From: Camelus dromedarius
Taxonomy: Eukaryota
Direction of reading: 5' to 3'
Length of the DNA stretch: 60,000 nt
NCBI RefSeq assembly: GCF_036321535.1
Contig: NC_087447.1
Span: forward strand, 46,564,001 to 46,624,000
The notes under the pieces were generated by a model, which saw only the letters and a list, made by a program, of their open reading frames with translations, was not told the origin of the DNA and searched no databases. The position numbers and the translations under genes are program-made. Every line of letters begins with the position of its first letter. Positions within the stretch are counted from its first letter, which is position 1. This document shows positions 49,360-60,000 of this stretch, in pieces.

Positions 49360-49580
49360 CATTTGTCATTGAGCACTTACTAGGACTTGTACAAAAGTTT
49401 TTAAATTTTTACTTTTTAAAAAAAATTCTCCCATTAATCTTGTATGATAGTTAATCCTAATCTCATTTTATAAATGAGGAAACTAAGCATCAGAGATTAA
49501 GCCACTTGCTCAGGAAAGGGGCTGGTAAAGGACAGAGCCCACGTATAAACTCATTCTGTCTGATTCCAAAACAGCCTTTC
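49360..49580 (-). mobile_element. MIR SINE
   Basis: cattgagcacttact...ctcattttataaatgaggaaactaagcatcagagattaagccacttgctc...ctgtctgattccaaa. Confidence 0.8.
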
Positions 49581-51254
49581 TTTCCACAAATATTTACTGA
49601 GAGCCTACTATGTGCCAAGAACTACTCTTAGGTGAATAAACAGCAGTGTAGTAGACAGACAAAAAACCCCTGTCTTTACGGAGATTTCATTCCTAAAATC
49701 AAGAATCCTCTGTATTTAGTATACCACGCATTTAGTGGGTAGATATCTGTATTTCTTTCTCCTTCACCAGACAAGACTCAACAGATATGGCTGGAAGGAA
49801 TGAATGTGGCCCTTTCTCTCACCTCACAGGAATTCCTCTCAGCTGCTGCCCAAACAGCATTCAACTGTTTATTCATCCATTCAGCATCCTTCTTCCCACC
49901 TATGTCATAGGTTTAAGCCCTATCTTAAACCAAAAGCTTCCTTGCAATGCCAGCAAGTTGGCTCCAGTCACCTAATGAGTAAAACAGTAACAGTACTCCA
50001 GGGTTCACAAAACACTTTACATATAGTATCTTATCTAATCTTCATAAAATTAAATATTTAGCATGGAAACAGACATCCAGAAAGTTAGTTACTAGTTACT
50101 TGTGTCCTTAGACACAACTGAATCCTGGAACTACATGGTTCTAGTGCCAGAATGCACTCTTGTCTTCTTCACCTAAGGACATCTCATGATCTATTCTCAA
50201 TACTAGAGAAACCAAAACAGCATCATGTCACTATCCAGATCACTCTGTTTGATTAAGCTACTTCAGATTTCCCATTGTATCAAAACAGAACAAACAAACA
50301 AAAACTACGATGTTTCAGCCTATTGTGGAATTTATTTTGTCATTAATATTTTATTACTTTTCCTGTTAAAGGTGTTTTAACTGTATTTTGTTATGCTCCA
50401 ATTTGCTATTTATTCCCAAAGGAACAAGCTTTTGATGTTAATCACTAAACATGTATGTTATATGTTTTCTATATGCATAGAAAAAGGCCTGAAAATACTT
50501 GTATAATTTTTTTCAAGTTAGTGAGAAAGATAATTCAACATATAAAAATGCCTTCATAGACTTGCCTTCTTTAGGAAAGTCTTTATCCTGTGAAGTGAGG
50601 CACACCAAAGGGCAGAGGCTGCAGAAAACACAAGACTCAAATGCGGAGTTAATAACTTAATATGCTCATTGCAAAAATAACCCAAGCACCTGCAGTCAGC
50701 AGGAATATCCCAACAACCAAGGCCAGGCCAAGGGCTTTGTCACACCACTCTACTCCAGGTAGCACTGATCTAACTCTGTTCATCACAGAGAGACTACAAG
50801 AAACTCTAAAGCCAGACACCAAGGAAAATGACCTTGGAAACCCAAAAGGCATCTTGCCTAGAAGGCCCTACTGCCTCCAGAATAACACAGCACATTCTAG
50901 GCAAATCAAGAAGAATCAGGCCTGGTTTTATGCAGGGAACTAGCCAAGACTATGCCCAAAACATTTCTCCTTACAAGTCATGAAGCCTGAAAATCCCACA
51001 CTACAACTTCCTTTGGGTCTTTAATGAACACATCTTGAGTACCACATCTTGCAGGATTGGGAGCTGTCAAATGAGGGAGGAAAATCCATGCCTCATTGGA
51101 TATCAGTGAGATTAGCAAGAGGGGCAGAGTGCTCTGGGAAGGTAGGTCAAGAAAATAATTCTGGCTGTAGGAACTGGAGAAGACTTTCTGAAGGTTGGAA
51201 ATTAGCTTGGCTTAGGATAGTAGGATATGAAATCATTTGTTCAGACTTGGGAAA

Positions 51255-51460
51255 GTAACCAAAGTCTTTGGGTGAGACCCAGATTTGGATTCTGGTAGAG
51301 TTGCTTAAAGGCTATAATGACAATCAGGCAAATAATTTTCCTTTTATGAATATTTTCTCATCTATAAAATGGGCATTATGAAAAGATGTGGCCATATCTT
51401 AAAAGACAGCTGTGTAAAACACTAGCCCTGACCTGGCATACGGCAGGACTTAATAAATAT
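51255..51460 (+). mobile_element. MIR SINE
   Basis: ccagatttggattctgg...ttttctcatctataaaatggg...acctggcatacggcaggacttaataaat. Confidence 0.7.
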
Positions 51461-52506
51461 CCCTTTTTTGGGTTAGATTAGGAATACACATCAGGGAAGG
51501 ATACTGCAGGACAATGTAAATTACTTGCCAGCTAACAGAGCAAAGCCCTTTGGGAGCTAACATAACAGAAAATAGACCTGAAGAGAGTTGGAAGTCTGGA
51601 GAGTAGCAAATCTAGGCATATTTGGATCCAGGTCTTGGCCTACATCTCTCTCCACTATGAGATGTGTGGGAGCGCATTTTGGACAAATATCTCATCAACC
51701 TCCATCTTGTTAAATGAGGAAATGGAAACCCACTCCTCAGCTCCCCAGGAAAGACAGCCCTGTGCCAACTTCCAGTACTCCAGGAGGCTGGAGCAGGACC
51801 TAGTGCAAGTATTGAGTCCAGCTGCCAACATTTTAATTAGTCCAACCTTAAAAGTCTATTTAACCACAGGAGATTAAAAGGCACCCCCAGGGGAAGCCTC
51901 TGCCCTTCACTCAGTTCACCCAATTAGATCTGCTCAAGTGCCCTAATTTTCATCACTGAATTCTTGGGGGAATCAGACCTCACCAAGCTCTGACTTCTGG
52001 CTAACAGTACAGGCACAAGCTCAACTCAGGAAGAGAAGTTGGGTGTGGGCTACAAGAAAGGCAGCATCAAGTATGCCCTGAGGCCCTGACACCCTTCCTG
52101 CATCAGTAAACTAAGAAATGCCTTCTTGCCAGGCTCCATCCCCCACCCAGTGTCCTACTGTGACCCAGTCTCTCAGTATCTATACCCTAACCTAATCCAC
52201 ACTGAAAAGCTAGCAAAGGCTAGTTCTGATTCTCAGCTGAGGGTTACCCTCAACCCAGCAATGCTTGTATTTTAAAGAGGGATTCTCCAAAACAGAAATG
52301 ACTTCAAGGCTCATAAGAATTGAGCTACATGGTAAACTAGGGGGCAAATGTGAAAACTGAGGCACAAAGGGTAAAAAGTCTCGTTCAAGTTGACAACTTG
52401 TTGTTTAAGATATTACACTCAAAAACCAACAAACGTCACATTTCCCTAAGGCTCAGCCCTCTGCCTTGCAAGTGTACCAGCTGTAGCCACACTTTCTCTA
52501 CTATAA

Positions 52507-52635
52507 GGAAGGATACGGCTCAAGTGGTAGAGCGCATGCTCTACCCCATGTTCAATCCCAGTACCGCCTCCAAGCAGAAATCAATGAATAAACTTAATTA
52601 CCTCCCCCTCATGAAACAAACAATACAAGGAAAAG
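52507..52635 (+). mobile_element. tRNA-derived SINE (vic-1-like), internally rearranged
   Basis: A box ggctcaagtgg, tagagcgcatgct, B box gttcaatcc, cagtacc...aataaacttaattacctcccc, A-rich tail. Confidence 0.8.
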
Positions 52636-53729
52636 TGAGAACCTAGGAGACATAAGGTAGTAAAGAGAGGGAAGAACCATGGAACTATATAGGTGATAAG
52701 ACAATTCAGAGGAGGACAACTAAAAACTTATACAAATGAGTATAAGTTTGTATAAGATTTGTATAAGACTAAATTACTTGTCACATTATCTCATAAAATC
52801 TTCATGCATCAACCTTGTGAGTTAGATTCTATTATCCCCAGAATACCTGGCATGGGGAAACTGAGGCCCAGAAAGTTCAAGAGTATCACAACCCAAGCTA
52901 ATTCCTAGTCTAGTGTTCTTTTTTATTAGACTAGATATTTCATAAAGAAAGCTATGAAGGAAGACTCAAGAGAATTAAGCTAGAGAGAGGGAAGAAAAAG
53001 AAAAAAGATTCAAAGTAAATAGTGCAAAGAAAATGCTTTAAGATAGAAGCCACAAAACACTAAGCAGCTATTGTACTAATTAGAAAATCTTGCAATCCCC
53101 TTCCCACTCTCTCAGAGGTGTGTGACAAGACACAGACAAGATGACCACTTTCAGGCCTGCTCCTATGAGAATGAGCTAACAAAATCACAGACCCACTACC
53201 TGACAACACACAAGCAGCCTCCTCCCCCTCTCAAGAGGACTCAGGAACATGGGTGCTAAACCAAAGAGATGACCACGTGAGGACTCAGGCACTAGCTTTC
53301 ACCAGCAGCTGCACCCTAGTACCTCTGTTCCAAGCCAGGGCTTTTTTGAGTCTAGTAGGAGGTTCCCCCCAAAGCATAGCCTAAATTCAGCTAGCACTCT
53401 GCTTCTACACCTTGAGCAAGCTGAAGGTTGGTAGAGGATCCTGAGGGAAGGGATGGTAATCATCTTCTCTCAGGCCCAGAACACCTGACAGGGTATGAAC
53501 ACTTAATGCTCCTCTGCAACTCCATTTCACACTACAGAAAATCGGAGATGTGTGCCTATGGAAAATCTAGCATATTCCTACACCTGAAAGACCCAACTGC
53601 AGGTGAGTGAGTAGCCTAGGACAGCCTAAAGTAAAAGAAAACCTTCCATGAAAAATTGAGTTTTAGTCTGCTCCTATTGGGCCAAAATACTCATTATATA
53701 TATTGGCTCCAAACCAAGCCATAATCCTA

Positions 53730-53945
53730 GAATAACACCCTCACACAGCACTTGAGCGTTTTACAAAGTGCCTTATCTTCCACTGCATCCATAAGGTAGA
53801 GATTAATATTCCCTTTTTTGCAAATTTGGAAACAAAGGCTCAGAGAGAAAAAACAACCTGTACAAGATCTCACAAATGGAAAAAAGGCAAAGCCTGGAGT
53901 TGAACACGAGTTTTCAGCTCTCCAAGACTCTGATTTGCCTACAGT
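53730..53945 (-). mobile_element. MIR SINE
   Basis: ttacaaagtgcc...aaggtagagattaatattcccttttttgcaaatttggaaacaaaggctcagagag...ggagttgaacac. Confidence 0.75.
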
Positions 53946-54219
53946 GAAGGCCCTGCTTTGTTAGGAAGCTTAATAGCTAAAAACAAAGAGACTTAGACTT
54001 AGAATCCACCAAGGACTCCCTGTATGACCTTAGGCAAACCCTTTCACTTCTTTGGGCATCAGAAAACTCATCTGTAAATGAAGTGATGTGAAACAAGTGC
54101 ACAGAGAAGAGAATTCTTTGGTTCCTTGAGAACTGTGAAGTGTAGCCCTTGCCTAGCACTTCAAAAAATGTCAACTTTCCTTCCAGTCATCACCCCTAGC
54201 ACTGGCCCTCCTTCTGACT

Positions 54220-54840
54220 GCCATATATTTTCTGTTCATGGCACCACCAAGCTCCTCATTAGCCACACTCAAAACACAGGTGTACCTTTAACTCTTCTCT
54301 TTCCTTCCCTCCCTACACTTAAACTCTAAATCCTACTGATTCTATTTCTACAGTGCAGACCCTGATCTCTTCTCATGAATAATTGCAAAGTCTCCTATCT
54401 AGACTCCCGCCTCCAACCTCACCCCACCAATGCATTGTGTATACTCTGTGAGATTAATCTCCCTAAAGCAAAACCTAGGTCATGTCTTTCCCCTGCTCAA
54501 AACCTGCAAGGACCACTTATTGCCTACAAAGTAAATTCTGAACTCCTTAGCTTGACATTGAGTCTTGCATTATCATTCCTCAATTAATCTTTTTTTGTCT
54601 TATTTTATAGTACTCTCCTTCATAGATGCCATTCTGCAGCTAACCTGGCCTAACCAATGTGCCCTAAAGACATTCACTTTGTCCTACTCCATGGCTTTAC
54701 TCATAACATTTCCTCTGGCTGGAATGCTTCCCTCAATCTACCTTATATTTCTACCTGAAGTACCTGAAGACCTACTAAGCTGCTACTTCCTCCATAAAGC
54801 TTCCCTGATCTCTCCAGGCAGAGGAGATCCTGTTTTACAA
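54220..54840 (+). mobile_element. L2 fragment
   Basis: tctgttcatggcaccacc...catgtctttcccctgctcaaaacctgcaagg...ttcctctggctggaatgcttccc...cctccataaagcttccctgat. Confidence 0.8.
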
Positions 54841-55439
54841 TAAGACTATAAGTGTCATTCATAGGGCACTGAACCTAGATAGCCTTGCACGATAAACTAT
54901 AAAATGGGAGAACTATTGTGAGAATTAAACAAAATCATATATATGAAAGTCCTGCCCAGTCCTGGTATAAAGTAGGTGCTCAATAAACAGGCGCTCTTAT
55001 TCTGATAAAGAAAAATGTTGGTACACATCTTAACTTCCCTACTATACTCAGTCCTTTTACTGGGCGGGATATAACATACATGTTAAATGTTAATTGAAGA
55101 GGAAAAGAACACTACGTAGATACAGACCCTATCCCAAAGCTTATATCCACAAAAGCTCAATCATAATGCTATTTTTGGAAGATATAAACTGAATACACAC
55201 TACTTTGTAGCTGCACACTTCACCAATGTGATACCCTCATTCAGAACTTATAAGTGAATACTCTTTCTCATTCCCTTCCCCTTGCCCCCAAATTCTAATC
55301 TCAGTTTATTCCAGGCTACTTAAGTGAAGGAACAAACTAATGCCCCTAAAGTCTAAATTGTATACTTTTTAATCCAAACACATATTTCTACTTAAATTCA
55401 TATAGCTGTTTCCTTCCCTCCCACAAGTTATTAAACAAA

Positions 55440-55660
55440 AATAGAAACACCATTGGCCTTTGGGTCAGAGAAATCTAAATTCAAATCCAGGCTTAGTCAC
55501 CTTGGGAAAATTACTTAAATTCTCAGAGTTACAGTTTCCCCATCTATAAAATGAGAAAAATATCCACCTTTAAGGGTTGTTGTACAGATAGAAAGCACCT
55601 AGCCCAGTGCTAGAAGGTATTAGGTGCTCAGTAAATAGTAGCTATCATCATCATTCTTAT
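55440..55660 (+). mobile_element. MIR SINE
   Basis: ggtcagagaaatctaaattcaaatccagg...ccttgggaaaattacttaa...cagtttccccatctataaaatg...taggtgctcagtaaatagtagctat. Confidence 0.85.
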
Positions 55661-56047
55661 CATTGAAGTTATTTGATTTGTCTTAATTATGTATTTATCT
55701 CGTTAGCAATAATGCAGTATGAGTTCCAGTGAACTTTGCCCTTGTCAGCAAAAGTTTCTTGAAACAAGACCTCCAAAGTCTGACTACCCAGCACAAACAC
55801 ACAGACACAAGCTGCTTTCTAACCTGTATATGTGTTACACCTGAAGGGTACCCGACTCCCCTGGTTCCTACATTTTAGATGCTGCCTCTGGGAACTTGGC
55901 AAACATGGGCCCATTTGTTTTAACATACACAGTAGTGATGAGAGTTCTGAGAGCTTTCTGAGAGCCCTGAGATAACCTAGAGAGGCCAATCAGGAACAGA
56001 GCTACTGACTCTCACTGGAGAAAATTAGGGACATATGAGACTTGGAA

Positions 56048-56074
56048 GCCTGCCTGCCTGCCTGCCTGCCTGCC
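56048..56074. repeat. (GCCT)n microsatellite
   Basis: gcctgcctgcctgcctgcctgcctgcc. Confidence 0.95.
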
Positions 56075-58822
56075 CATGAGATTTCTGGTCATTACTTAGG
56101 CCAGAACTCAACATCAGGCAGCCAGGAGCTCTGTAAATGTGGCTAAGAGAGGAAAGGGACAGGTTTATCCTGTCTGGGCCATGCAGACAGCACAGCTAAC
56201 TCTCTTATGCCTTTGCCTCCTTCACCAAGTCCTCCAGAGGCTCTCCCCCAGTGCCATGAAGGAAAGCTGGTGAGATGTCTGCTCAGGCTGGAGTTGTCTG
56301 AGGCCCAGGGAGTTCTCAGAATCAGAGATAACATTTAAAACACCAGGGATCTTCACTAGACCATCCTACCTCCCTGCTGTACAACAAGCCCAGCATGAAA
56401 GAAGGCTCCCTCCTCCATCCCACAAACCTGGCTAAGAAAAGTAGTTCTGTTCATTCTGTTCATTCAGCTGCCTCGAATTTGACCTGAGGTAAACCCACGT
56501 GGGCCATGGAACCAAAGACAAGGAGCCGCAAGACCCAAGGAAGCCTTGCCCACAGGTCTCATGTCAGGTCTCCATGAGCATAGCCCTGCTCCACTCCCGC
56601 TGCAGCCACCTGCTCAGGGTAGCCATCGCTGTGGCAAACAAAACTGCCAGCCAGAGTCAAGGGTCGAACCACCCCCAGTGTGACTGATAACGGTCTCTGA
56701 GTGCAGCTTCCGTAGGTACTCAATAAATATGGATGAAGTACCAGCCAGCAGAAAAACAGTGCCCACAGAATTTCTCAAAAAACCTACCACGTGAACTCTA
56801 ACCCTAATCCCAGGACATTCTTGTTCAGGCCTTTCACAGGAACCGATATCACTTTACTTGGCACTCTCCCTCCACGACTACTCAGTCCAACTCATTACTA
56901 CTCATCCATTTATTCAACAAACATCTATTGGGCACATACTCTCTGAACAGCACTGTGATGATCCTAAGGATGAGTGCTATGGTCAAAAAAAACAGACCTG
57001 GCTTTTGCCCTCAAGAGAGAGGAAAATATGCAAAAAAAATTAAAGCTATACAACTCTTTAATATAAATTTTAATCCCATTTTCAAGTGAGGAAACTGTAG
57101 TTTGGGTCATGCTGTCAACAAGGACTCAAGCCAGTACCCAATGCTCTTGATTCTACATAAGGCTATCTCTCACTTTAAGAGGCATAAGCAGGGTGTGAAG
57201 TGCACAGAGAGTATCATAGACAGCAGTGCTACCAGAGTTTGATCAGAGATGAGGGGGACTTGTGGCTAACATTAATGCCAGGGAACACTTCACAGTGGAC
57301 TGAGAGGTTAGGTAGGAAGGAAGGAGGTGAGGAGAGGACATTCTGGGAGGCAGTAAAATGACATAAGTAAAGGCAAAAGAGAAGCAGTACAAGGTGTGTT
57401 CTGCAGACCAGGACAAAGGAAAAAGCCTGGCTGGGCCAAGATTTAGAGTGGGGAACAGAGGAAGATGAAGTGGGCAAAGTGGTCTGGGGCCAGAACCCTG
57501 GGTCAGGAAGGAAACCACCACCCAGAGAGGGATTTTAGTACCCACACCATCCCTATTCCAAGCTCCCCAGCAGAAAACAAAAGTACAGTGCTTTTGGCTT
57601 ATTTCAGGTTTTTCTTTGCATGGCCTCTCACTGAAATAAATCTGATCAACATGACAGGGCCACAGCCATCCCTATTCAAGTCTTGCCTGCCCCAGCAAGT
57701 TGTGCCAATGCAGGCAAGGCTTTATCAAGTTCTCAGTGCCCAGAAAGCTTCCCGTTGGCATTTTCCAGATGGCCATGAGTAATCCTACTGGGCTTCAGAT
57801 ACATTTACCCCTCCTGTGGAGGCCCCAAATCTATACATAACGCAACCAGCTGAGCCAAACAATGGCAAAACATGCAGTACAACACTCTGACCCACCTCCT
57901 TTAAGAAGCCTGCTCTGTACATCCCAACAAACAGATCTCTCCTAGCTTGAACTGAGACTGCCAATGGAGTACAGAATGCACATATTAGTCACCATATGCC
58001 ACAGGTATTATTGGGCTTATTTTTCTGTGCCTCATATCAAAGCTCCTGAGCTGGGAGGGAAACTCCTTAGAAGCAGTACTTGACAGTGACTTTGCATAAC
58101 CCCAGTTCTGCCCAGCCCAATTTCTGTGAACACAATACAGCACTGTGAACAGCTTTCTGGTTTTCCTCTGTATAGGTCTCAGGCCCCCTAACAACCTAAA
58201 CTGGCTACATTAGGGTAAAGAGACTCCACAATAGAGTGGGAACGGCACGTAAATGATAATCAGCCAAAATCAGACTCTGGCCATGACTAAGACCTTGGGC
58301 AAATTTGTTCCTGTGATACATAAATTGAGGAGTTTAGGAGAGATGGTACTTAAAGCCCTTCCAGCTTTAACATACTACGATGTTAAGTCCTAGCACACCA
58401 ACAGCCCAAAAGGTCATGGAAGTTTTTCAACTGTCAGTGCATAAGTAAGTCCCAGGTCAAGGCCACTTATAAGTCTAGCTCTCAGAAGCTAAGGTGAGGC
58501 AGTAAAGGCTCCAAGGTCAGTGGCTATACAATGGGCTCCAGAACTGAAGTTACCAAACGAGAAGGAGTTGGGAGGCAGGACTAGAACCTAGGATAAAAAG
58601 CTAGTTTCAGATTGGGTCTAAAACAGAGGAGGAGTACAGATAGAAGGGCCATGTCAAATCTGCATGTCAAAGCAATAAAGTCACACATGAACCAAGAGGA
58701 TATACCAAAGAGAGTACAGAGAGACTCCACAAGACTCTAGAGGCAAGCAAAGAAGTCACAGAAAAACTTAAAGGACTCAACACCTAGAAGCCACTGTTCC
58801 CAAGATCATGGCCCTAGAATGA

Positions 58823-59335
58823 TGTCACAGGCACCCTCTATGATGGCCCCCAGGGATCCCTGCCCTCCCAGTATTCATGCCTTTGTGTAATCCTTTCACC
58901 TTGAGTGTGGGCTAGACTCCTTGACTTGCTTCTAACAAATAGAATATGGCAGAAGTTGTAGCACATCAATTGCAAGATTAGGTGATAAAAAGACTGTAAC
59001 TTCCATCTTGGGCACTCCCTCTCACTCTCTCTTGGATCCCTTGTCCTGGGGGAAGCCAACTGTCATGTTAGGAGGCAGCCCAGTGCAGAGGCCCATGCAG
59101 CAAGGAACCAAGGCCTACCAATAACCACATAAATTAGCTTGAAAGCAAATACTCTCCCCACAGTTGAGCCTTCAGCCCCAGCCCAACAGCTTGACTGCAA
59201 CCTCACGAGAGACCTTGAGCCAGAGGCATCCAGCTAAACAGCACCCAGATTCCAAACACACAGAAACTGAAAAAAAATGAATGTTTACTATTTCAAACCT
59301 CTAAGTTTGGGGATAATTTGTTATGCACCAATACA
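58823..59335 (+). mobile_element. MaLR solo LTR (MLT1F-like)
   Basis: gatggccccc...tattcatgcctttgtgtaatcc...ttgagtgtgggctagac...cttctaacaaatagaatatggcagaag...ctctaagtttggggataatttgttatgcaccaataca. Confidence 0.9.
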
Positions 59336-59689
59336 GGTGGGGACTAGGCCCATCTGGTCAGCCATTTCAAGCCTGCAAGTGGGGCTAGGGAAGTGGTTAT
59401 ACCCAGTAAAAGGAAGAGGGTATGAGCCAGAAATAAAGTGCAATATTAGCACTCAGACTTTATCAACAGCTTCCCTACGGCCTGAAGTCAGCCTTGAGTA
59501 AAAGCCTAATTTGGCCACACCCAGCATCCATACTAAGTCTGGTGGCACTTGAGGTAAAACAATAGAACTGGAGCAGGTTCAGAGAAGCAAATTCCATTAG
59601 AGAGATGCCTCCAGAAGAAGACACTCAGATTCTGCCTGAGGCTTTTCAGGCCCACAAAAAGCAAAGGTTGAGGGGACCCAATTGTCCCT

Positions 59690-59900
59690 AACTATGCAGT
59701 ACTTAGAGTTTGTAAAGCCCTTTCATCACACAAGTTATCTCACTTCATCCGCATTACAAACACATTCATTAAGGTGATGCCCTTCCTACAAATGAAAACA
59801 CTAAGGCTGAGACAGACGAGGTGACTTACCCTCTACTAGGCCCACAGATAGTAAGAAAAAGACCTGGAGCTCTGAAGCTCCTCTAAATCCAGATATTTAT
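59690..59900 (-). mobile_element. MIR/MIR3 fragment
   Basis: gtacttagagtttgtaaagccctttc...ttatctcacttcatcc...actaaggctgagac...gtgacttaccc. Confidence 0.7.
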
Positions 59901-60000
59901 GTCTGTTGGCTGTGGCCAACTCAGACCCTTCTGCCAACCAAAGCCAATTATCTCATCCAGGCTTCTATCCAGCCCCACCCACTCATTTCCCAACTCTCTC

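Noticed and set aside
52507..52570. tRNA-like A and B boxes
   Set aside because: SINE head with an A-rich tail and no intact cloverleaf; not a tRNA gene.
1..60000. CRISPR arrays, operons, rRNA, snoRNA, miRNA or processed pseudogenes
   Set aside because: No regularly spaced repeats and no recognisable RNA-gene or mRNA-derived sequence; recurring motifs are explained by MIR, L2 and L1 copies.

Overview
This is 60 kb of eutherian non-coding DNA with no recognisable protein-coding gene, RNA gene or CpG island. It is most likely camelid: it has tRNA-derived vic-1-like SINEs and cetartiodactyl-type L1 3' ends, and I saw no Alu, B1/B2, Bov-tA/BovB, PRE-1 or Can-SINE. The window is packed with old repeats (MIR/MIR3, L2, L1M, MLT1/MLT2/LTR16-type LTRs, an ERVL pro-pol fragment, MER58A and a Charlie-like hAT) plus younger L1/SINE insertions with clear TSDs. 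The + strand looks A/C-rich and most long old L1s are on +, which suggests the interior of a long intron of a minus-strand gene that I cannot name. The only ORFs with recognisable homology are L1 ORF2 remnants. The best leads are: a palindrome- and CpG-rich ancient-element-like block at about 25.45-25.73 kb; a well-formed minus-strand exon candidate at 8096-8207; a recursive-splice-type motif at 43251/43252; and several informative retrotransposition scars (twin-priming inversion, probable 3' transduction, poly(A)-only insertion, 51-bp orphan retro-insertion). I found no convincing previously undescribed biological system. Family assignments are from recalled consensus sequences, not a database search, and repeat boundaries are approximate.
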